Origin: an uncultured Bacillota bacterium
GTDB lineage: Bacteria; Bacillota_I; Bacilli_A; RFN20; CAG-826
Direction: 5' to 3'
Assembly: GCA_949287245.1 (NCBI GenBank)
Contig: CASEFL010000001.1
Location: forward strand, 138,973 to 202,972
DNA: 64,000 nt
Positions 48,637 through 57,806 of the stretch are shown piece after piece. Position 1 is the first letter of the stretch. Each line of letters begins with the position of its first letter. A model generated the notes under the pieces. That model was not told the DNA's origin. It was given only the letters and a program-made list of their open reading frames with translations, and did no database searches. The position numbers were made by a program, and so were the translations under genes.

Positions 48637-49905
48637 TTATGCGTTTTGCCAAGCAAGAGGCATCTGACGGTTATTTTTAAACCATTCAGTGTCCTTTAAT
48701 TTTAGTGAATTATTAGAAAACTTCCACGTCTCTTTTCCCACTTCATCATATTCGACAACAACCGTACCATTCATGGGTCGATAAAAACGAGAATCTTCCC
48801 ATGACCCTTCTTGCGTAACATAAACGCGGTCAGTATAAGGCGCGATGCGGTCAATTGTCTCTTGGGCAGGAAAACTGTGATTGGGATCAGAGGCATATTC
48901 TTTAGTCCCTGCTGTACATTCAAAAACAATAGCGTCAGGACTTGTCGCCTTTAAAAGTTCCTCCCCTGTCGCGGTATAAGAACCATGATGGCCACCCTTA
49001 TATAAAACAACATTCGCAGGCAAATTATTTTCCTTCACTAAAGAATGCTCGCTCCAAGCCTCCGAATCTCCTGTAAAAAGCATGCTTTTCTTTCCTTGAT
49101 GAAAAAGAACGGAAATAGAATAGTCGTTTTCTTCACTAAAACTACCTCCGACTTCTGGATAGTCATTTTTAAAGTCAGTACGGTCATGGTCATAAAAGTA
49201 GTTATAAAGTACTTCCATAGAAGTTCCTTCACCAAAGTTAAAAATCCTTTTTGCCCCATTATTTTCTTTTACGCAGTCCAAAGCAGTATAAACTTCCGTC
49301 CCTCTTTCTTTCAAAAAGTTCACGGCCTCTAAATAATCTTTATAAATTTGAGTTGAGGCATCCGTAAGAGGAAATTGAATTAATGTATCCACCGCAAAAT
49401 TATAAAAGACACCTGTTCGTCCATTAGGAAGAGAATCGTCTTGATTCCCAACAAAACCAGCAATATGGTCTTGATGAGCATGAGTAGCAATCACCAGTTC
49501 AAGTTTTTTATCTGGAACATATTGATTTAAATATTCACAAATAACGGCTCCTGAACCTTTTCTAGCGCCCGCATCAATTAAAATGTCGTAATCTCCAGCC
49601 TTAATGTATGTGCAGTCGCCCGTATACTGTGTATTTAAATCAAGAAAATGAAAAGATATTGGAGTGAAACCATCCTCGGCACCCGTACTAGAACTCGTTG
49701 AGTTTGTTGACGTATTTAGAGAACTTGACGAACTCGAACCTTCATTTCCACTACCTGATGAAAGTGAGGAAGAAAAAAGAGGAAGGATAAAGGTGTAGGC
49801 AACATATACGCTAACAGCAAGCAAAACAATCAAAAGTAATGACAATAAAGCGTAGACAAGTTTTTTCTGTTTTCTTTTTCTTTTTGGCATAATTATATTA
49901 TCCAA
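48637..49905 (-). CDS. Membrane-anchored extracellular MBL-fold metallo-hydrolase (ComEC-C-terminal-like)
   Basis: N-terminal TM helix, a Ser-rich linker and the MBL motif 'ATHAHQDHIAGF'. Confidence 0.7.
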   Translation of the reverse strand: MDNIIMPKRKRKQKKLVYALLSLLLIVLLAVSVYVAYTFILPLFSSSLSSGSGNEGSSSSSSLNTSTNSTSSSTGAEDGFTPISFHFLDLNTQYTGDCTYIKAGDYDILIDAGARKGSGAVICEYLNQYVPDKKLELVIATHAHQDHIAGFVGNQDDSLPNGRTGVFYNFAVDTLIQFPLTDASTQIYKDYLEAVNFLKERGTEVYTALDCVKENNGAKRIFNFGEGTSMEVLYNYFYDHDRTDFKNDYPEVGGSFSEENDYSISVLFHQGKKSMLFTGDSEAWSEHSLVKENNLPANVVLYKGGHHGSYTATGEELLKATSPDAIVFECTAGTKEYASDPNHSFPAQETIDRIAPYTDRVYVTQEGSWEDSRFYRPMNGTVVVEYDEVGKETWKFSNNSLKLKDTEWFKNNRQMPLAWQNA

Positions 49906-49931
49906 AAAAATAATGCGTTTTTACATAGTTT

Positions 49932-51062
49932 TTAGGATATTTGTTTCTCTTTACGGTAGACTTTATCAATAATACCCCCACCAAGAAGTATGCCTTCTTT
50001 TGTATAAATTGCCGCCCATTGGCCAGGAGTAACCGCTTTTGCTAAATTTTTATGAGTCAAATAAGCAGTTGTGCCCTTAAGAGAAAGTAGACACGGAATA
50101 TCCTTACTTCGGTAGCGGAATTTAACAAAACATTCGCTATTCTCTTCAGGAAGTGGTTCGATAAAATTGCATTCTTCTAATATTGAAGCATCCGAATATA
50201 AAAGTTCTTCTTGATCCCCTTGTGCGACATGAAGAACATTATTTCCAACATCTTTTCGATACACATACCATCGACCGTCGTTATGATGAGAAATACCACC
50301 AATCCCCAAGCCTTTTCGTTGTCCTAAGGTATAAAACATGACTCCTTCATGTTGTCCCAAGATCGATCCGTTTTCCCCTTCCACAATATTCCCTTTTTGA
50401 GCAGGCATATAGTTTTCTAAAAAGGGGCGAAAATTCCGTTCACCAATAAAACAAATTCCTGTTGAACCATGTTTCGCCTCGCATTCAACAAGCCCTAAAT
50501 CATGCGCCAAAAATCGTGCTTCTTTTTTTGTAATTTTATCCATAGGAAAAAGAGAAAACGCAATTTGCTCTTCGGTCAAATTGCAAAGAAAATACGTTTG
50601 GTCTTTTTCTAAATCCAAAGGTTTTGCTAAATGATAGTGGCCTTTATAGAAAACTTTTTTGGCATAATGACCCATGGCAATTGCCCCAAAACCATGTTCT
50701 TTTGCGTATTTTAAAAACGGGCCGAACTTGATTTCGCTATTACAAAGAATATCCGGATTGGGTGTACGTCCTTTTTTATATTCGGACAAAAAATTCTCAA
50801 AAACATCTCGCCAATACTCTTTGACAAAATCAATGCGAATCAAAGGTATATCAAGTCTTTTTGCTAGTTTTTGAGCATCTTGATAATCTTTTTCTTGTGG
50901 GCATTGATCCGCGCTCACATCAGGATTACCTAAATAATCATTATTGAGTAAAGAATCCCAATTCCGCATAAAAGCACCGGTAACTTCATGACCTTCTTTT
51001 TTTAGCAAATATGCCGCAATTGAGGAATCAACTCCACCAGAAAAACCTAATAAAACTTTCAT
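49932..51062 (-). CDS. mnmA: tRNA-specific 2-thiouridylase MnmA
   Basis: 'GFSGGVDSS' PP-loop motif plus the conserved MnmA C-domains. Confidence 0.95.
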   Translation of the reverse strand: MKVLLGFSGGVDSSIAAYLLKKEGHEVTGAFMRNWDSLLNNDYLGNPDVSADQCPQEKDYQDAQKLAKRLDIPLIRIDFVKEYWRDVFENFLSEYKKGRTPNPDILCNSEIKFGPFLKYAKEHGFGAIAMGHYAKKVFYKGHYHLAKPLDLEKDQTYFLCNLTEEQIAFSLFPMDKITKKEARFLAHDLGLVECEAKHGSTGICFIGERNFRPFLENYMPAQKGNIVEGENGSILGQHEGVMFYTLGQRKGLGIGGISHHNDGRWYVYRKDVGNNVLHVAQGDQEELLYSDASILEECNFIEPLPEENSECFVKFRYRSKDIPCLLSLKGTTAYLTHKNLAKAVTPGQWAAIYTKEGILLGGGIIDKVYRKEKQIS

Positions 51063-51520
51063 TTATGCTCCTTAAATAAGGCTACCGAATCAAGAATTAA
51101 AGTAAAGGGACCATCATTGATAGAAGAAACCTCCATATCTTCTCCAAAAACTCCTGTTTGGAGCCTTGGATAAGAAAGACGAAGAAAAGAATTAAAATAA
51201 TGATAAAGAGCAGATGCTCTTTCTGGCGATAATGCTTCAACAAAACTAGGACGATTTCCTTCCTTTACGTTTCCATATAAAGTGAACTGACTAACTGAAA
51301 GGATATTTCCATTAACGGCAGTCAAAGAAAGATTTGTTTTCCCTTTTTCATCCTCAAAAATACGTAAATTAATCACTTTTTTAACCATCTTTTCAACGAT
51401 TTCTTCGTTATCGCCATAAGTAAACCCAACAAGAAGTAAAAAACCTTGATCAATGGAAGCGTGAAGTATTTTATCAATATACACTTCCGCTTTTTTAACG
51501 CGCGTAAGAACGATTCTCAT
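51059..51520 (-). CDS. dtd: D-aminoacyl-tRNA deacylase
   Basis: The start is set at MRIVLTRVKKAEV. The 'SQFTLYG' and 'NGPFT' DTD motifs are present. Confidence 0.9.
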   Translation of the reverse strand: MRIVLTRVKKAEVYIDKILHASIDQGFLLLVGFTYGDNEEIVEKMVKKVINLRIFEDEKGKTNLSLTAVNGNILSVSQFTLYGNVKEGNRPSFVEALSPERASALYHYFNSFLRLSYPRLQTGVFGEDMEVSSINDGPFTLILDSVALFKEHK

Positions 51521-51521
51521 C

Positions 51522-52823
51522 TTAACGAATATAATCAAGAAGAATAGAAGGTGCAGCAATTTTTTCTTTTTTAATTAAGAAAGCATCGCTTGCATCATCT
51601 TTTGCTCTTCCGATATCCTCCTTATTCGTATAAAGGGTGCAAAGTACATCTCCTTTTTGAACAAAGTCTCCAACCTTTTTTGCTAAAACAATTCCTGAGG
51701 AATGATCAATTTCATCTTGCATGGTTGCTCTTCCTGCTCCAAGACGCATAGCCGTTAAACCGATAGCTAAGCTATCAATATGGTGAACATAACCATCTTT
51801 TTCAGCATAAACAGGAATAATCAGAGAAGAAATAGGGAATTTGCAGGGATTTTCAATATAAGAAACATCTCCTCCTTGCTTTATTACCATTTCTTTTAAT
51901 TTTTCTAAACCTTTCCGATTATCAATCGCTTCCTGTATTTTCCTTTCCCCTTCTTCTTCTGTTTTTGCAATTTTTGCTTGGCAAAGCATAATTGACCCTG
52001 CCTTTAAAATTAACTCGTGGAAATCTTTTGGCCCATGTCCATTAAGCTCATCGATTGCTTCTTTTACTTCTAAGGCATTTCCTACGGCATAGCCAAGCGG
52101 TTCTTCCATCCCGGTTAAAATCGCCCTTGTATCACGATTTAAGTGTTTCCCGATTTTTACCATGAGATGCGCCAATTCTTGTGCAGACTTTTTTGTTTTC
52201 ATAAATGCGCCTGCACCAACTTTTACGTCTAATAAAATGGTATCCGCCCCTGCAGCAAGTTTTTTACTCATAATAGAAGAGGCAATTAATGGGATAGATT
52301 CAACCGTTCCTGTAACATCACGAAGCGCATAAAGCTTTTTATCTGCAGGATCAACTTCTTTTGTTTGTCCAACAATGGCCAAACCGATTTCGTTCACCTG
52401 ATGAATAAAGTCATCAATGCTTAATTGAATTTTAAAACCCGGAATAGATTCTAATTTATCTAAAGTTCCCCCGGTATGACCAAGACCTCTTCCCGACATT
52501 TTAGCTAATTTTGCCCCACAAGAGGCTACCAAAGGTCCTAAAGCAAGAGATGTTTTATCTCCGACACCACCCGTTGAGTGCTTATCAACAGTCGCCCCTT
52601 GAATTTTTGAAAGATTAATCGTCTCGCCGCTATGTTCCATAGCGTCTGTTAAAAAGGAAGTTTCTTCTTCATTCATTCCTTGAAACAAAACAGTCATTAA
52701 GAATGCGCTCGTCTGGTAATCAGGAATCGAACCATTACTTACTCCACGAATAAAATATTGAATCTCGTCTTTGGTCAATATTTTTCCATCTCTTTTTTTC
52801 TCGATTAAATCAACCATTCTCAT
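51522..52823 (-). CDS. pdp: Pyrimidine-nucleoside (thymidine) phosphorylase
   Basis: The start is set at MRMVDLIEKKRDG, which has an AGGGAG ribosome-binding site. The 'DKHSTGGVGD' phosphate-binding motif is present. Confidence 0.9.
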   Translation of the reverse strand: MRMVDLIEKKRDGKILTKDEIQYFIRGVSNGSIPDYQTSAFLMTVLFQGMNEEETSFLTDAMEHSGETINLSKIQGATVDKHSTGGVGDKTSLALGPLVASCGAKLAKMSGRGLGHTGGTLDKLESIPGFKIQLSIDDFIHQVNEIGLAIVGQTKEVDPADKKLYALRDVTGTVESIPLIASSIMSKKLAAGADTILLDVKVGAGAFMKTKKSAQELAHLMVKIGKHLNRDTRAILTGMEEPLGYAVGNALEVKEAIDELNGHGPKDFHELILKAGSIMLCQAKIAKTEEEGERKIQEAIDNRKGLEKLKEMVIKQGGDVSYIENPCKFPISSLIIPVYAEKDGYVHHIDSLAIGLTAMRLGAGRATMQDEIDHSSGIVLAKKVGDFVQKGDVLCTLYTNKEDIGRAKDDASDAFLIKKEKIAAPSILLDYIR

Positions 52824-52875
52824 AAACGAAACACTCCCTATCACATCTAACTCTTTTTTCAAGTATAATTATAGT

Positions 52876-54213
52876 ATGGATTTTTGGACATCCCTATTGA
52901 ATCATCTGCCCGAAGCAGAAATTACTCCCTTAAAAGAAGCAATTGAAACAAAAGAAGCTACACATTGTCTCCTTCTGAATCCTCGGAAAATCTCCGATGA
53001 GGAATTTATTTCTCATTTTCCTCATGTTGCTGCTCATCCCTTTGTAAAAGGTGCTTATTTATATTCAAAAGAAGAATATGAATTTGGAAAAAGTATCCTT
53101 TATGACTGTGGTTGTTACTCTATTGAAGATAGTGCAGCCATGATGCCAATCTTTTTCCTTAACCCCGAGCCAGGAGAAGTTATCTACGATATGTGTGCTG
53201 CTCCCGGAGGGAAAGCATTAGCCGCTTCAATCTTCATGAAAGATCAAGGGGTGGTTGTTGCTAATGATGTTGCCTTTCCAAGAGCCCATGCTTTATCGCA
53301 AAACGTCGAACGAATGGGACGGGGAAACATGATTATTACGAGTAATGATGTTTCTTTTAATCATGAATCATATCCTGATGTTTTTGACAAAATTATTGTC
53401 GATGCCCCTTGTTCTGGCTCTGCCATGTTCCGCAAAAGTGCAGCAATGAAGGAAGATTGGTCGGAACGGAAGGTTATGGCCAACCACTCCAAACAAGTGG
53501 AACTTCTCCATTATGCCTATGAAATGGTAAAACCCGGAGGAACGATTGTTTATAGTACTTGTTCTTTTTCTTATCAAGAAAATGAGGGAACGCTCTTAGA
53601 ATTTAAAAGAACACATCGCGATGCTATCTTTCTTCCTTTGCCGGAAAACCCTATGTTCTATCATCCACAGGATGTTCCTGAAGCCATTTATTTATTCCCT
53701 CACCGCTTCCCTGGAGAAGGCCAATTTATTGCCTTAATCCATAAACCTGGTACGTTAATTCCTTCACCGAAAAAAATTATTCCTCTTGCTCCTTATTCAA
53801 AATATCGTGTTTTTATTCAAGATTACGGCCTTGAAGAAAGGAGCAATGAGTTCCACCGCGATAAGTTTTATAGTCTCGAACGCTCCTTTGATGTTTCCCA
53901 TATGAATATTCTCCGTTATGGGGTGAAACTTCTTGAAATGCGTAGCAGCAATATTTATATTCCCGATCACCACCTTGCCGCCTATTTAGACGCGGAATAT
54001 TCTATTCCTGTGACCTCAGAGGAAGCAAAAGCCTATATTCAAGGATTGACCTTTCCTTTAAAACGTATGGATAATTTTATTATCATCTCGTATATGGGGC
54101 TCAATTTGGGATTTGTAAAAGTGGTAAAAGAGGTCGCAAAAAACCATTATCCAAAAGGTTTAAGAAGACCGGATTGGGATCCATTAAACGATTTAGCAAA
54201 AGACTTTCGTTAA
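52876..54213 (+). CDS. rsmF: rRNA cytosine-C5 methyltransferase, RsmF/RsmB (NOL1/NOP2/Sun) family
   Basis: The start is set at MDFWTSLL. 'DMCAAPGGK' and 'DAPCSGSAMFRK' are present, with catalytic Cys residues in 'DAPCSG' and 'STCS'. Confidence 0.8.
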   Translation: MDFWTSLLNHLPEAEITPLKEAIETKEATHCLLLNPRKISDEEFISHFPHVAAHPFVKGAYLYSKEEYEFGKSILYDCGCYSIEDSAAMMPIFFLNPEPGEVIYDMCAAPGGKALAASIFMKDQGVVVANDVAFPRAHALSQNVERMGRGNMIITSNDVSFNHESYPDVFDKIIVDAPCSGSAMFRKSAAMKEDWSERKVMANHSKQVELLHYAYEMVKPGGTIVYSTCSFSYQENEGTLLEFKRTHRDAIFLPLPENPMFYHPQDVPEAIYLFPHRFPGEGQFIALIHKPGTLIPSPKKIIPLAPYSKYRVFIQDYGLEERSNEFHRDKFYSLERSFDVSHMNILRYGVKLLEMRSSNIYIPDHHLAAYLDAEYSIPVTSEEAKAYIQGLTFPLKRMDNFIIISYMGLNLGFVKVVKEVAKNHYPKGLRRPDWDPLNDLAKDFR

Positions 54214-54215
54214 GA

Positions 54216-54244
54216 AAAGTGAGGAATGAACCTCACTTTTTTTA
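54216..54244 (+). terminator. Bidirectional rho-independent terminator shared by convergent rsmF and plsC
   Basis: AAAGTGAGG-AATGAA-CCTCACTTT hairpin (54216-54239) followed by a T-run. The plsC stop codon lies inside the T-run. Confidence 0.7.
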
Positions 54245-55045
54245 GCGAACCTTTTTCCCGTTTTGATAAGGAATCTTTTGCAAGCCTAAGGCGAAATACT
54301 CTTCCTGTCTTTTTAGAAGATTGCTATAGGCTTCTTGACTAATTTTTTGACAATATTCGGCAAGTTCAACCGTTCCTTTCTCGTGTAATTCTTCCTTCTT
54401 TGTCGAAAGAACTTCAACAAAGGAAATATCGACTGGATAGCGGGCATAACTACTAAAATCAAGAACTTTTTCCGAACCTTTAATGACGGCAACAAGAATT
54501 GGTTTTTCACTTAAAAGTGCAGCTTTAAAAGAGCCAGGATGATAAGGAAGTAAAGGTGAGGATAAGTCTTTTCTCCTTGTTCCCTCCGGGAAAATTCCCC
54601 AGTTACAATCATTCTTTTCTAAATTATTTTCTAGTTTACGAATCACGGCAATAGAACCCCGCAAATCATCACGGTCTAAATACAAGCCTTCAATCGCGCC
54701 TAAAATCGTGGGGATTAAAGGATACTTTTCGACTTCCTTTTTCGCGACAAAACTAATCGGCTTTTCCGAAAGGAAAATCATAAAAAGAGGGTCAAGAAAA
54801 GAAATGTGGTTACAAACAAGCAGAAAGGATTGATTCTTTTTTTCTAATTGATGAAGGGAAGAAAGATGATCGATAGAAAAATCAACATGAAAAGCACGGA
54901 TTAGACGCAAAACCAAACGTCTGACTCTTCGATAACGAACTTCTAAAGGTGTTTTTTCAGGATGATGCTTATAAAAAAGAAAAATAGGCCAATTCCACAA
55001 TAGGTGCGGCAAGATAAGAAAAATGACACGAAGATATTTCCACAT
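54242..55045 (-). CDS. plsC: 1-acyl-sn-glycerol-3-phosphate acyltransferase (PlsC family)
   Basis: H-x4-D motif 'CNHISFLD' and 'FPEGTR'. The start is set at MWKYLRV, because the longer ORF would overlap the upstream gene. Confidence 0.75.
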   Translation of the reverse strand: MWKYLRVIFLILPHLLWNWPIFLFYKHHPEKTPLEVRYRRVRRLVLRLIRAFHVDFSIDHLSSLHQLEKKNQSFLLVCNHISFLDPLFMIFLSEKPISFVAKKEVEKYPLIPTILGAIEGLYLDRDDLRGSIAVIRKLENNLEKNDCNWGIFPEGTRRKDLSSPLLPYHPGSFKAALLSEKPILVAVIKGSEKVLDFSSYARYPVDISFVEVLSTKKEELHEKGTVELAEYCQKISQEAYSNLLKRQEEYFALGLQKIPYQNGKKVR

Positions 55046-55052
55046 GTCTTTA

Positions 55053-55331
55053 TTATACCGATTTCTCGTTGTAAGGTACCATCTCATCTAATTCTGCCAC
55101 AATAATTAGGCCATACTTCTCATCCATTTCTAATCTTCCTTTAATAACGATTAAAGACCCATTCGGAGCGCTCATAAACCGTCCTTTTGGCCCATATAAG
55201 CCCCGGCAAGGAAAACGGTCCGTAAGAAATTTGCCTGTTGGTCCTGGAATAACGCGATCTACTTCAACATAACGAATCTTTTCATCCACCTTATCCCCTA
55301 AATGGCCCGTAAGAAAAACACTGGAGATCAT
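55053..55331 (-). CDS. Small hypothetical protein
   Basis: 92-aa ORF with plausible coding statistics. I could recognise no motif. Confidence 0.35.
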   Translation of the reverse strand: MISSVFLTGHLGDKVDEKIRYVEVDRVIPGPTGKFLTDRFPCRGLYGPKGRFMSAPNGSLIVIKGRLEMDEKYGLIIVAELDEMVPYNEKSV

Positions 55332-55359
55332 AAACTCCTCCTATTCTAGAGAAAATCTC

Positions 55360-57489
55360 TTAATGAATAGATTTCTTCTTTACTCCTACACCAATTAGAG
55401 TTTCTTTTGGGATAAAAAGACGCCTTGTTTTAAATTCGGGCTTAGAAACATCGCCCGTATTATCTAAAACAAGAATATGATCTTCTTTGCATTCATAGGT
55501 AAGAGGCTCTCTTGCCGGATTAAAGAAGAAATCTAGTTCCTCCCATTTTCCTAAACCATCGCCACTTAAATGAACATGTAAGGCTGCGCCAAGATCCTCA
55601 AAGTCCACCTTCGGTCCAATAAGGGACGCGTCATAATCAGCTAAGGCAGGAATCCCTTTGCGGAAACGAATGAGGGAACATACATAATCGTACATCTCTT
55701 TTCGTTCATCGAGGATGCGATATGGCATTTGGTTATAAATATCGGGTGAATTATACGTATTTGGACGACCAAATTTGGTTAAACCAAGTTCTTGACCCAT
55801 GTGAATAAAAGGCATTCCCCGTGAAAGCAAAATAAAAGCAATTCCTAATTTTGCAAGTTCAAGCTTTTCTTCGCTTGGTAAATCAGGACGAGCCTCACTT
55901 AGCCAGTCAAAAAAAGTTTTATCATCATGGCACTCAATATAGTTTACCGATTGATTGGCGGTTTTAAACTTTGCCCCAAGATAACCATAAGGATGACAAG
56001 AACCTAAATAACTATATTTAATGGCGTCTTTAACCGACATATCACAAGCTAAAAATTTCTTTACTGTTTCCCGGAAGAAATCATTAAAAAAGCCAAAACC
56101 AGGAAGAAGAGAAGCATTATCCATGTGTCCTAAAGGTACATTGACTTCTCCACCCATATTCCATCCTTCTCCATATAAAAGGAAGGATGAATCTTTGCTT
56201 TTGCCGTATCGTTCGATGGCTTTTAACGTATCCACATCAACAATACCCATTAAATCAAAACGGAAACCATTCACACCGTAAAAATCAATCCAGTGTTTCG
56301 CACTATCGACAATTAATTTCCGTACCATGGTCCGTTCGCTTGCAACATCGTCTCCACAATAGGAAGTATTCGCCATTCTCCCGTCTTTTTTTCTTCGGAA
56401 ATAGTAATTCGGAACTATTTTTTCAAAGGAAGAACGCTGATATTCATAAACGTGGTTGTATACGGCATCCATGATGACGCGGATTCCCTTTTTATGAAGG
56501 GTATCAATCATTTGCCGGCATTCATTAATTCTAGATAAGGGATTTTCTACATCTTGGGAATAAGAACCTTCCGGAACAAAATATTGTTGAGGATCATACC
56601 CCCAGTTATAAGAGGAAAGAGGGTGCCGTTCATCAATGGTGGCAAAATCATAAAAGGGGAGAATTTGCACGTGAGTGACTCCCAAAGAGAGAAGATAATC
56701 AAGTCCTGCTGGATTCCCTCCCTTGCTTTTTCTGCCTTCTTCTACTAAGCCAAGATACTGCGCTTTATGAAAAATATTGCTGTCTTTATTCACCGAAATA
56801 TCACGAATGGATGTTTCATATACAATAGCGGAGGTTGGGGAAGGATAAGAAGGTAAATCTTTTGTTTCTACGCTTAATGGCGTGCATAAAGTAGGATTTA
56901 AAACAACAGAATATTCTCCATTTGGTCCAGAAGCTTTCGCATAGGGATCAATGGCTTCAATTGTTACTTCACTATTGGTGACAACAAAAGAGTAACGGGC
57001 CAAGGAATAATCTCCTTTAAGGCGCAAGCGCCATACACCATGTTCTCCCCGCTCCATCTCGCGGAAATGCCAACGTCCGGTAAGGTTATCGCGTCTTCGT
57101 ACTTTTAAAACAACTGAGCTTGCAAGAGGTGCCCAAAGAACAAAATCGGTGTAATCTTCATGCCAAGTGGCCCCTAAATCGTTTCCGTGATACGCATATT
57201 GCCGATCAAAATCAGGAAAAGAAGTGGCTTCAGATACATCAAGGGGAATTAAGGGATAGTTATAAATGGATAAGGCATAACTATGACCAAGTTCTAAAGG
57301 CGAAGAAAGATGATATTCCGCAATTAAAACATTCGATGTGCTATTAATACGGCTAGCTTTTAAAGGAAGATAGTTTTTCTTATCCACAAGCAAAAGAGCA
57401 TCAAAAGGCTCATAAGAAAGCGAACTAAATAAGACTAAACGAATAAGACTTGGTTCCACAAGTCGTGCTGAGAGAAATGTATCTTTCAT
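55360..57489 (-). CDS. pulA: Type I pullulanase (GH13), cytoplasmic
   Basis: 709-aa ORF with GH13 regions 'DAVYNHV', 'GFRFDLMG', 'EGW' and 'YIECHDD'. No signal peptide. Confidence 0.9.
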   Translation of the reverse strand: MKDTFLSARLVEPSLIRLVLFSSLSYEPFDALLLVDKKNYLPLKASRINSTSNVLIAEYHLSSPLELGHSYALSIYNYPLIPLDVSEATSFPDFDRQYAYHGNDLGATWHEDYTDFVLWAPLASSVVLKVRRRDNLTGRWHFREMERGEHGVWRLRLKGDYSLARYSFVVTNSEVTIEAIDPYAKASGPNGEYSVVLNPTLCTPLSVETKDLPSYPSPTSAIVYETSIRDISVNKDSNIFHKAQYLGLVEEGRKSKGGNPAGLDYLLSLGVTHVQILPFYDFATIDERHPLSSYNWGYDPQQYFVPEGSYSQDVENPLSRINECRQMIDTLHKKGIRVIMDAVYNHVYEYQRSSFEKIVPNYYFRRKKDGRMANTSYCGDDVASERTMVRKLIVDSAKHWIDFYGVNGFRFDLMGIVDVDTLKAIERYGKSKDSSFLLYGEGWNMGGEVNVPLGHMDNASLLPGFGFFNDFFRETVKKFLACDMSVKDAIKYSYLGSCHPYGYLGAKFKTANQSVNYIECHDDKTFFDWLSEARPDLPSEEKLELAKLGIAFILLSRGMPFIHMGQELGLTKFGRPNTYNSPDIYNQMPYRILDERKEMYDYVCSLIRFRKGIPALADYDASLIGPKVDFEDLGAALHVHLSGDGLGKWEELDFFFNPAREPLTYECKEDHILVLDNTGDVSKPEFKTRRLFIPKETLIGVGVKKKSIH

Positions 57490-57806
57490 GGAATTATTAC
57501 TACCGCTACTGCGTATCCTCCGTCATGACTAATTGATAAAGGGTAAATTTCCCCACAAACTTCTAGGCTTGGACCCTCATTTTCATAATGATGCACCATA
57601 ATTTCTTTAAAGGGAAGAAAACCAAGACCTTTTTGTATGGCTTTTAAATAGGCTTCTTTTGCTGCCCAAATGCCCGCAAGAGTAGAAGAAGGATGGGATG
57701 AGTTTTCATAATAGGCATGTTCTTCTTCCGTTAAAATCCGATTTAGAAAATGAGAAGAGGGCGAGGAAAGGCGTGAAATTTTAACTAAATCAATTCCCAC
57801 CTTCAT
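57486..57806 (-). CDS. acpS: Holo-[acyl-carrier-protein] synthase (4'-phosphopantetheinyl transferase, AcpS type)
   Basis: 106-aa ORF with an 'MKVGIDLVKISR' start, a 'WAAKEAYLKA' region and 'SISHDGGYAVAVV'. Confidence 0.85.
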   Translation of the reverse strand: MKVGIDLVKISRLSSPSSHFLNRILTEEEHAYYENSSHPSSTLAGIWAAKEAYLKAIQKGLGFLPFKEIMVHHYENEGPSLEVCGEIYPLSISHDGGYAVAVVIIP

